DNA from: Halomicronema hongdechloris C2206
GTDB taxonomy: Bacteria > Cyanobacteriota > Cyanobacteriia > Phormidesmidales > Phormidesmidaceae
DNA length: 32,000 nucleotides
Assembly: GCF_002075285.3 (NCBI RefSeq)
Contig: NZ_CP021983.2
Coordinates: 1,500,001 to 1,532,000 of the forward strand
Direction: 5' to 3'
Made by a program: the position numbers and the translations under genes. Numbering within the stretch: position 1 is the stretch's first letter; each line of letters opens with the position of its first letter. Under the pieces are notes generated by a model. It saw nothing but the letters and a program-made list of their open reading frames with translations, was not told the origin of the DNA and searched no databases. Of the stretch, positions 24,940 through 32,000 are shown one piece after another.

Positions 24940-25704
24940 CTATTCTGCGGAGACACTGTAAAGGCCAAATTCACTTCGGAACTTAGCAGTTAACGGCCGA
25001 TAATTGAACAGACAAGCCTTAAATCTAAAAGCAATATGATCTGGGAAAATTATTTTCCTGAAGTTTCTATTATTATCACTGTGCATAACACTATAGATTG
25101 AGCCGATGAAAGGTAGAGGAAGTAGAGGAGTTCCCTGTTTAAGCATAATTTCTACAATATGTTTATGACTATTATGGTAATAACTATAGTCTATAAAATC
25201 ATCATCCGTACTAGGTGGAAGTTTGTGCAAATCGTATCGAATAATATTACTAGTCCCGCACCATTCATGAAAGTTTTTCCTATTCAAGTAGAGAACCTTT
25301 TCACCTTCAGGGTATACATAACCTTGCCTAAAGAACCAGCCATAGTTATCCGGATAACTTGAAACAAAGTTTGCCAGATGCTTACTCACACAATCATCAG
25401 CATCAACGTACATAGTATGAGTTGGATTAAATTTTGCTGCATGCAATAAACCAGCTAAATGCTTACGTCTTCTATCTACTCGCTGTACTTCAACACTATC
25501 TGGAATTGGGAAATCAACTGGAAGATATGTTAGGTTAGCATGCTCAAATTCAACTTTTGGCTTCTCATGGCAGACTGCAATGACTCTAAATTGATTTGAG
25601 GTTTGAGAGCATACCGACTTAATTGTTCGCTCAAATAATCCTTCAACAAGTTTCCACGACTTTGACACCTGTGCGCTTTTTATCGCAATTATGAAGACTA
25701 GCAT
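24940..25704 (-). CDS. GT-A-fold glycosyltransferase (GT2-like)
   Basis: 254 aa. The N-terminal beta-strand FIIAIKS is followed by SVCSQTSNQFRVIAVCHE, and there is a DxD motif YVDADDCV. Confidence 0.6.
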   Translation of the reverse strand: MLVFIIAIKSAQVSKSWKLVEGLFERTIKSVCSQTSNQFRVIAVCHEKPKVEFEHANLTYLPVDFPIPDSVEVQRVDRRRKHLAGLLHAAKFNPTHTMYVDADDCVSKHLANFVSSYPDNYGWFFRQGYVYPEGEKVLYLNRKNFHEWCGTSNIIRYDLHKLPPSTDDDFIDYSYYHNSHKHIVEIMLKQGTPLLPLPFIGSIYSVMHSDNNRNFRKIIFPDHIAFRFKACLFNYRPLTAKFRSEFGLYSVSAE

Positions 25705-26175
25705 AACTCAAATTTTGCAACTGCTCAACTGGGTTGACAAATTTAAACCCATTCCAGTAGAAGAGGCAGCAGCTTCCCAAGCATCTTGTATTCACTCAAT
25801 CAACCAAAGCGTAAGGATTTTAGGTGTTTTGATGTCTGGTTTCTCAATAAATTGGATTATCGAGAACATCCTGAAAAGCTCTCTACATAAGAGTTTTGAG
25901 GCAAGAGGGATAGGTGGTTGTGCAATTTCCCAACTCCTTAACATTTAAATGGGACTAATAAGTCAGAGGAAAATGCCTTCGCATCTGTATATTTTGCTTA
26001 TACCCTATGAAAAGGCCAAAACTTCTTATCTGCAAGAATTACAGTTGATTATTAAATACGCGGAAAATGGCAGTTCAATTGCCATTATTTTCTCTCAGTG
26101 AATCATGATGCACTCTCCATCTAAATCTTTAATATACTCATAACCTTATGCGGAATATCAAAATCAAAGCATTAA

Positions 26176-27276
26176 TTAAAAATACTCATTGTGTATATAT
26201 ATATCTTCCCCGTAAAAAAATTTCTTTTCAAAAACCCTGTTTATTCTTAATTTGCTTAAGGCAAGTGATCGATTGATTTTGTAATATTCAAATGCCATAC
26301 GGCTAATAGATAACAAACGCAACTGTTCTATTCGAGAGAATCCATGCCATTCTTGATAAGCTGCTGGAACCACCTTAGATAAAAACTCGCACCAATGTTG
26401 AGTTATTTTTTCATGCTTTATGCCCTGAGCACGAAAATTAGCATTTTCAATCATCCTCTGTCTCAACTCTAAATCATCACGAAGTCGAGTTATAGCGCCA
26501 ATTGTTTCATCTATAGAGGTTACCTCAAGATAGTCAAGCTCACTTTTTCGCTCAGCCCTATATGCTGATTCTGGCCCCAAAATAGCAGGCACACCAGCCA
26601 ACCAAGCATTGTATAGTTTCGACGCAGGTTTCCAAGGATATAGAGTACGTCGCCTAAAATTCCTGACAGCTAAAACAGCATCAATCATTGAGTAATTGCA
26701 CCATAGTTCAGGTTGATTTACTATCTTAAAATTTAGGCCTAACTCGTTAACTTTTTGTAACCATTGATGCTGGCGCAACTCTGGAGCCAAGTTGGTACGA
26801 TCTCTTCCAAAAAAGGCAATATTTTGGAATAAGTCCCCACGTGCAGGGTTTCTTGGCACTAGACCAGATTGAGTCCAAAAAGGAATGAAATAATCTCGCC
26901 AGCATGAGAGAAAAGGATGTCTATGTGTTGTTTGCCTAGGATTCTGCACTACGTGAATCTGAGCAAAAGGATGCCTTATTTTGTCACCCTGCAAACATAT
27001 TAATAATAACTGTTTACCCGGCTTTAAGTTGGATGGAAGTAATGATCGGTGAGAAATCAAAACTCCTACCTCTGGCAAAGTCGATGCCAGCTTGCACGGA
27101 AAGCCAATCTTATTAAGATTCAAATAAGTTTGTAAAGTCCAAGTATATGCACCAGTACCTGCACTAGCATTTTTTATTTTCCCATTTAGCCATGGCCAGA
27201 ATAGATTAACTTTCTCCGGCAAATTCTCTATAAGACTTGTCTCAGGGACATAAAAATAGATAGGAGGAAACGTCAT
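26176..27276 (-). CDS. Uncharacterised protein, possibly a GT-B-like glycosyltransferase
   Basis: 366 aa. The C-terminal half (DAVLAVRNF...WKPASKLYNAWLAGVPAILGPESAYR...YLEVTSIDETIGAITRLRDDLELRQRMIENA) has the look of a GT-B C-terminal Rossmann domain. No diagnostic motif was identified. Confidence 0.4.
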   Translation of the reverse strand: MTFPPIYFYVPETSLIENLPEKVNLFWPWLNGKIKNASAGTGAYTWTLQTYLNLNKIGFPCKLASTLPEVGVLISHRSLLPSNLKPGKQLLLICLQGDKIRHPFAQIHVVQNPRQTTHRHPFLSCWRDYFIPFWTQSGLVPRNPARGDLFQNIAFFGRDRTNLAPELRQHQWLQKVNELGLNFKIVNQPELWCNYSMIDAVLAVRNFRRRTLYPWKPASKLYNAWLAGVPAILGPESAYRAERKSELDYLEVTSIDETIGAITRLRDDLELRQRMIENANFRAQGIKHEKITQHWCEFLSKVVPAAYQEWHGFSRIEQLRLLSISRMAFEYYKINRSLALSKLRINRVFEKKFFYGEDIYIHNEYF

Positions 27277-27481
27277 TGCTCAATTGACTTAACGGCAATA
27301 GCTTTAAGCGGCTGCATAAAAGCTAAACTGATGCTTAGCATATTATCTCATCTAAATCTAGAGTAGCTTCTAAATAACTTTTATGGTAGACAATTGTCCT
27401 TGGTTTTCTTATTAGAACTGCTGGCTTCAACTTAGCAAGTATTTAGATTATTTTCCCTACATAACCGATTTTTTATAGGGT

Positions 27482-28657
27482 TTAGTCCTTTAAGAATGCC
27501 TTAAGTGTTTTGTTAAATTGAGAGAGCTCAAAATGCTTGCAGACTTCCTGGCGTAACCATTCCGGATTATATATTTTCTCATCAGAATATGTGCCTTTAA
27601 GAATTTCTATTAGCCTGGCTGCTATTTCTTCTTCATTGTCTGGATTAACTAGGCATCCAAGCTGGCCATTCAGGAGAGGATCAACTGAGCCATCTTGGTT
27701 TCCCGCTAATACAGGCTTGCCGGCCGCTAATGCTTCTAGATAAACAATCCCAAATCCTTCCCCTTTACTTGGCATGGCAAAAACATCGCACAGGCTATAG
27801 TGGTCGGGCAATTCTTCATCAGGCACAAACCCTGTCAGTGTCACACAATCTTGAATATCAAGCTCACGAATCATCGCTTCAACGCGAGATCGATCATCCC
27901 CTTTACCCACCAGAATATAGTGGACTTTTGGAATTTGTCGACGAATCTTAGGTAGCATCCTTAAGATTGTGTCATAGCCCTTGTAGTATGCGAATTTCTG
28001 CAGGCGTGTAACAGTTAAGATGATAGCCTGCTCAGGCTCTAAGCCATAACGTTCTAAGAGGTAGTGAGGTTTAGACTCAACTTTGAAGCGGCCAGGGTCA
28101 AAGGTATTTGGCAGGACACATATCTTTTTAGGTTCAAGATATCCTTCTGACAAGATGCGATCGCGCGTATAGCGACTAACAGCGATGACGCGCTCTGACC
28201 CTTGTAGCGCTTGTTTATAGGCAGAATTCTGAATATCCCAAGCTTCGATACCGTGCAGCACAATCCAGTACGGAATGTTCAACCATCGATGCAGCCAGTA
28301 GCACAACACGATGTAATAATTGATTTCGGTCGTCACAATGAGGCCAGGACGACGAATTAATGCATTAAAAAGAATAGTGGTGGCTGACAAGATAGTTCGA
28401 AACCGCCGCCGCCAACCATTCGTATCGCAGACTATCTCTCCAAACAGATAGAAACGAGTTTGAGGCAGAAAAGATAAATCATTCGTAGCATTAGCAATGT
28501 TCTGCTCGTATTTAAGAAACACACTGTAGTTGCTCTCAGGGTAAACTTTTTGAATTGCCTGAATTAGATGCGAGGAATAAACTTGTACTCCCCCCCTGAA
28601 TCCAAACAGGTTAGGAGCCAGAACGAAAATATGCTTTGGAGCAGAACAATCTGCCAT
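27482..28657 (-). CDS. GT4-family (GT-B, RfaG/WcaL-like) glycosyltransferase
   Basis: CDVFAMPSKGEGFGIVYLEALAAGKPVLAGNQDGSVDPL is the canonical GT4 E-x7-E region. The N-terminus reads FVLAPNLFGFRGGVQVY. Length 391 aa. Confidence 0.9.
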   Translation of the reverse strand: MADCSAPKHIFVLAPNLFGFRGGVQVYSSHLIQAIQKVYPESNYSVFLKYEQNIANATNDLSFLPQTRFYLFGEIVCDTNGWRRRFRTILSATTILFNALIRRPGLIVTTEINYYIVLCYWLHRWLNIPYWIVLHGIEAWDIQNSAYKQALQGSERVIAVSRYTRDRILSEGYLEPKKICVLPNTFDPGRFKVESKPHYLLERYGLEPEQAIILTVTRLQKFAYYKGYDTILRMLPKIRRQIPKVHYILVGKGDDRSRVEAMIRELDIQDCVTLTGFVPDEELPDHYSLCDVFAMPSKGEGFGIVYLEALAAGKPVLAGNQDGSVDPLLNGQLGCLVNPDNEEEIAARLIEILKGTYSDEKIYNPEWLRQEVCKHFELSQFNKTLKAFLKD

Positions 28658-28669
28658 GAAGCACCTCTA

Positions 28670-30367
28670 TTAAGTTGCAACAGGGATAGAACGCTTAATT
28701 AGAGAACTTCCGTCAAGGTGTCCTGGAATGTCTGCCCCCATTAAATCCAAGACTGTAGGAGCGAGATCAACAGCCTGTCCTTCGGGAAGACTAGAGTTCT
28801 CAGCGATTCCTGGTCCTTTTGCTAGCAGAAAGCCGCGAGATGTATGACCGCCAGGACGATAGTAGGTTAATGGACCAATACGCCCAAAATCAGGACTATC
28901 GATCACGTCTGTAGGTGTGTCGTGCCAGGAAACGACCAGATCAGCGTCGGGACGTTTAAAGTCGCTATAATCACCCTCAGGACGAGTCCGCGCGACTGAC
29001 TTGACGATCGGCTGATCAGTTCTTGCATCAGTCAGTCGGTATAGATATTCGGTCAACTCGTTGCAGATGGACTCATACTCTGAAGGCTTCACAATGCCAT
29101 CGCGATCACGTCCTGCTAAGTTAATACGGATAAATCCTTCAGCAACACCAGGTAAGGCAAATGCTTTCATTTGTGGCCACAAACGCTGATACCACATATT
29201 GGGCATCCAAGCTAAATCTTCTCCTTGCTTCAGAAGTTCATACGGGGAGGTTAATGCGGGATTAGGACCGGAATTCAGAAGTGAATCAAACTTACTCGGC
29301 ATCCACTTCTGTAGAAAACGCTTGATCGGGTTAGGATCGAAGCGCTGTTGCCAGACTTCTCCTGGCCATGTCTTCCGCTTTGGATTCGCGAATTGCTTAG
29401 GTGGTGTAGTCCCTAGCTTACCAGGAGCCAGTCCCACCTTCCCTGGGAAATTATATCGATACAAAAGTTCTGGCAAAAAGGCCATGTTGCATAGGTCAGC
29501 CATATTATTGGTGATGCCGTGAACCCCAAATACCAAAACATAGGTATCCTCAGAGATATCAGCCAGAATCTCTCCAACAGCTTTGTCGACATTTCTCATC
29601 GCTTCCACCATGGGATTTATCGAAGTATGAGATACTTTGGCCGAGTGGTGGAGTGGGTGATCTACTTCGCTGAAGTGTAAAAGATCATGCCCAGCAGAAT
29701 GAGTTTCACCAAAGACAGCAATAAACAAATCCCAAGAATCTTTGTTCAAGAAATCACGGCATACTTGAGCTCGTGTTGACACACTATCTTGAACGGATTT
29801 TTGTACCCACTCTACATAGTTTGGGTTCCACCAAACACCAAAGTCCCGTTTGAATAAAGGATTACGACCGTACTTTTTATTAATTTCTGGGAGAACACTA
29901 TCAGGTGTTGAATAGGGATCCATGTGGGAACCACTGTGGCTACCCCAAACTGAGATTTGAATACCATTGAAGTCTTCACTGACGCCAGACATTGGAACAT
30001 CAAACAGACCTACCTTATACTCAGCTCCGAGATCATAAAATGCCTGAAACTCCTGATAATCGTATCCTAGAGATTCGCCTTTATGGTTTCTATCTTGAGT
30101 AATTTGGTAATTCTCTGGATGGTACTTTGCGGTATCCCAATAGCCTGTTTTGCTGGGATAGCAACCTGTTGAGAAGATCACCCAGTTTCGCTCAGAGCAA
30201 ATTGTATCCGTTGCAGTCCCACATAAATCTACTTGAGTTTTGAGGCGTCCATAAGCGCCGCGATTACGTAACCCGCTCAAATTTGGTAGATGTCCTTGGG
30301 ATATTAAACGCTCAAGCAACACTGGGTCTGCTGCATCTAAACCAATAGCAATTACTTTTTTCTTCAT
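28670..30367 (-). CDS. Alkaline-phosphatase-superfamily enzyme (type I phosphodiesterase/nucleotide pyrophosphatase-like)
   Basis: MKKKVIAIGLDAADPVLLERLISQGHLPNLSGLRNRG is a typical family N-terminus with a metal-ligand Asp. Also present: FSTGCYPSKTG, VFGETHSAGHD, VFGVHG and YYRPGGHTSRGFLLAKGPGI. It is separated from the GT4 gene by 12 nt. Confidence 0.72.
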   Translation of the reverse strand: MKKKVIAIGLDAADPVLLERLISQGHLPNLSGLRNRGAYGRLKTQVDLCGTATDTICSERNWVIFSTGCYPSKTGYWDTAKYHPENYQITQDRNHKGESLGYDYQEFQAFYDLGAEYKVGLFDVPMSGVSEDFNGIQISVWGSHSGSHMDPYSTPDSVLPEINKKYGRNPLFKRDFGVWWNPNYVEWVQKSVQDSVSTRAQVCRDFLNKDSWDLFIAVFGETHSAGHDLLHFSEVDHPLHHSAKVSHTSINPMVEAMRNVDKAVGEILADISEDTYVLVFGVHGITNNMADLCNMAFLPELLYRYNFPGKVGLAPGKLGTTPPKQFANPKRKTWPGEVWQQRFDPNPIKRFLQKWMPSKFDSLLNSGPNPALTSPYELLKQGEDLAWMPNMWYQRLWPQMKAFALPGVAEGFIRINLAGRDRDGIVKPSEYESICNELTEYLYRLTDARTDQPIVKSVARTRPEGDYSDFKRPDADLVVSWHDTPTDVIDSPDFGRIGPLTYYRPGGHTSRGFLLAKGPGIAENSSLPEGQAVDLAPTVLDLMGADIPGHLDGSSLIKRSIPVAT

Positions 30368-30616
30368 AATATTCTCCTTATCAATTTCATTAACTCAAGA
30401 AGCATTAAGCTGCCATTGGGAGTTTATGCCTATAAACATAAATAGTTGAAGTTCTTGGCAACCAAAACGCTCTGTAGAAGTCTGGCAAATAAGTTGATAG
30501 ATAATCGCACTGTATTTATTCATCCTGGAGTTATCGCTTACTTACGAATTTAAATCACTTTCAAATCACTGCTCTCAATTAAAGTCTAATAATTCCGCAG
30601 TCTTCATGATCTACCT

Positions 30617-32000
30617 TCAGCTTACATCTCTAAAGCAATTAGCCCAAAATAAATTCTCTAATGGCAGGGGCTTCTTAAGTTGATATCCCTGAACATAAGG
30701 TATACCTAGTCTTTTGGCAACATCTAACATCAATTTCTTCTCAATTCCTTTGGCAATTATGGTGATTTTGGATGAATTGGCATGCTCAATAATATTCCTA
30801 AATTCTTGCAATCTAACTAGGCTTTTCATATGCAATTCCAATGACAAAAAACTGAGTTTAAAGTGGTAAATGCTAGTTTCTGGTAGCTGTCGGAGAAGCC
30901 CAGGATCACGAAAATCATCTAGAATAATGTTACAACCTATCTCTTCGATTTCGTGGGTCAAGCGAGCGACCGCATCTGGATAAGTTTTCGCCGCATGTTC
31001 AGGGATCTCAATCCAAAAATTCTCTGCAGGAAATTGATGTCGATTCAATAAATCAGAAAGAAAGACAGAGAAATACTGATCGCGTATGCTGGCCTGTGAC
31101 AGATTGATAGAGTAGTTTGCCTGACAGTTTTTTTGAGGTGATGATCTTTTGATTGAGTTGAATAGCGTTCGGATTACCCAGCGGTCAATTGTTTTGGTTA
31201 GTTCATAGTACTCAGCAATTGGCATGAAATCTTTTGGTAACAGAAGTCTCGTTGTAGGGGAATCGGAATTAAGTGTACAGGATAAGAGCCTGACTAATAC
31301 TTCATAGTTGAGTGGATCGTTTAGGCAATTATCAGTCGAGAAAATCGGTTGCTGGTATAAGCAGAAAAGATTATTCTCAAATCCCGACTCAATCTGATCA
31401 ATGACTGTCTTGCATTTATCCTTGCTAAGGCCACTCAAGGTAGTCTTACCGTAGTCTTTCAATCCCTTCCGAGCAATGAAAATTGGGCTAGATAATGTGC
31501 TAAAAAGGTATTCTCTTTCGCAGGCAAACAACAAATTTTTGTAAGGCTCTCGTTTTTCTCTAATTATATGCAACAATAACTTGCGTAAGTCATTAACTAT
31601 ATATAAAGGTAGCAATAAAGGTCGCTTCCAAGCGCTTGTACTTAATATGCGAATATAAAAGCGGCTTAGCCCAACACAACGTATTAAGGTAACTAAATAC
31701 TCTTTCTGAAGCCGTCCTTTAGGAATTTGATGGTAAACGACCATGGCTGGGTTATACCAAACTTCCCAGCCCGCTTTTCGGATATATAAGATGGCTTCTA
31801 AGTCTTCGCTGGCAAGGCCAGCAGCCTTACCTTTATTATTCAAGAATAATCGCCTAGGAACGCTTTGGAGCCACGCGTCTCGACGAACAACGAGTCCTGC
31901 TCCTGGTGGCAGAACCTTCGTATGTTGGTCGTAACGATGAGGATTTGGTCCTCGTTCGACAATGGCTAAGAAACAGGCAATATGTTTAAATTCCTCGGGT
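30617..32000 (-). CDS. Hps-type GT2 glycosyltransferase (C-terminal part visible) fused to a C-terminal EAL domain; 5' end lies beyond the window
   Basis: The listed ORF start at 31843 is an internal TTG, and the frame stays open to nt 32000. The upstream part reads PEEFKHIACFLAIVERGPNPHRYDQHTKVLPPGAGLVVRRDAWLQSVPRRLFLNNKGKAAGLASEDLEAILYIRKAGWEVWYNPAMVVYHQIPKGRL, a GT2/HpsE-like C-terminal half. EAL motifs follow: LYQQPIF, YEVLVRL, LLPKDFMPIAEYYELTKTIDRWV, SINLS, WIEIPE, ILDDFRDPG, FKLS, IIAKGIE and YVQGYQL. Confidence 0.8.
   Translation of the reverse strand, partial: PEEFKHIACFLAIVERGPNPHRYDQHTKVLPPGAGLVVRRDAWLQSVPRRLFLNNKGKAAGLASEDLEAILYIRKAGWEVWYNPAMVVYHQIPKGRLQKEYLVTLIRCVGLSRFYIRILSTSAWKRPLLLPLYIVNDLRKLLLHIIREKREPYKNLLFACEREYLFSTLSSPIFIARKGLKDYGKTTLSGLSKDKCKTVIDQIESGFENNLFCLYQQPIFSTDNCLNDPLNYEVLVRLLSCTLNSDSPTTRLLLPKDFMPIAEYYELTKTIDRWVIRTLFNSIKRSSPQKNCQANYSINLSQASIRDQYFSVFLSDLLNRHQFPAENFWIEIPEHAAKTYPDAVARLTHEIEEIGCNIILDDFRDPGLLRQLPETSIYHFKLSFLSLELHMKSLVRLQEFRNIIEHANSSKITIIAKGIEKKLMLDVAKRLGIPYVQGYQLKKPLPLENLFWANCFRDVS

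Larger units (their letters stand above)
23790..32000. other. Low-GC, HIP1-poor genomic island encoding glycan/exopolysaccharide functions (right end beyond the window)
   Basis: Composition changes abruptly: the sampled line 27481-27540 has 20 of 60 G+C, against 44 of 60 for line 17161-17220. There is one GCGATCGC (28157-28164) in 8.2 kb, against 16 in the preceding 23.8 kb. All six genes are on the minus strand. No integrase, tRNA or direct-repeat border was seen inside the window. Confidence 0.65.

Noticed and set aside
25949-26101. A 50-codon plus-strand ORF (MGLISQRKMPSHLYILLIPYEKAKTSYLQELQLIIKYAENGSSIAIIFSQ) in the 472-nt gap between island genes. The 85-aa ORF 25691..25948 was also considered.
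   Set aside because: Neither has a recognisable motif or a clear ribosome-binding site. Both run opposite to every other island gene, and the 85-aa ORF overlaps the GT-A start. They could be checked by Ribo-seq, but the sequence alone does not support them.
1-32000. Scan for rRNA, tRNA, tmRNA, RNase P RNA, riboswitches, integrases and toxin-antitoxin or defence-system genes.
   Set aside because: Nothing convincing was recognised by eye. The absence should be confirmed with tRNAscan-SE, Infernal and defence-system HMMs.

Overview
The window looks like a cyanobacterial chromosome segment. Sampled 60-nt lines are roughly 55-70% GC, and I counted 16 perfect copies of the HIP1 octamer GCGATCGC by eye in nt 1-23800.

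Left third (alpha-glucan metabolism): a 5'-partial GH13 amylase-family gene, glgC, and two divergently oriented AglA-like GH13 alpha-glucosidase paralogs. A DJ-1/PfpI fusion protein also sits here.

Middle: a small membrane protein, a cupin, a SAM-methyltransferase, a Crp/Fnr regulator, a decayed DUF1400/dienelactone-hydrolase gene and an intact lysophospholipase-like hydrolase. A 0.9-kb AT-rich, ORF-poor spacer follows, carrying two perfect 14-bp tandem duplications. Then comes a four-gene beta-oxidation-type operon: acyl-CoA synthetase, FadN-type HAD/ECH, thiolase and FadE-type acyl-CoA dehydrogenase. This operon is unexpected in a cyanobacterial context and carries at least eight local reading-frame disruptions, several in compensating pairs.

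Right quarter: near nt 23800 the composition drops abruptly to roughly 33-40% GC, with a single HIP1 copy in 8.2 kb. This part is an all-minus-strand glycan/exopolysaccharide island. It encodes a polytopic membrane protein, a GT-A enzyme, an unassigned GT-B-like protein, a GT4, an alkaline-phosphatase-superfamily enzyme, and an Hps-type GT2 glycosyltransferase fused to a C-terminal EAL domain that runs off the right edge. The GT2-EAL fusion is my best candidate for an undescribed system.

The GC-rich part also holds several gene remnants: IS4 transposase, baeRF3-like, RCK_C-like and YeeE/YedE.

I recognised no rRNA, tRNA, CRISPR array, integrase or intact transposase. All family calls come from motif recognition by eye, with no searches run.
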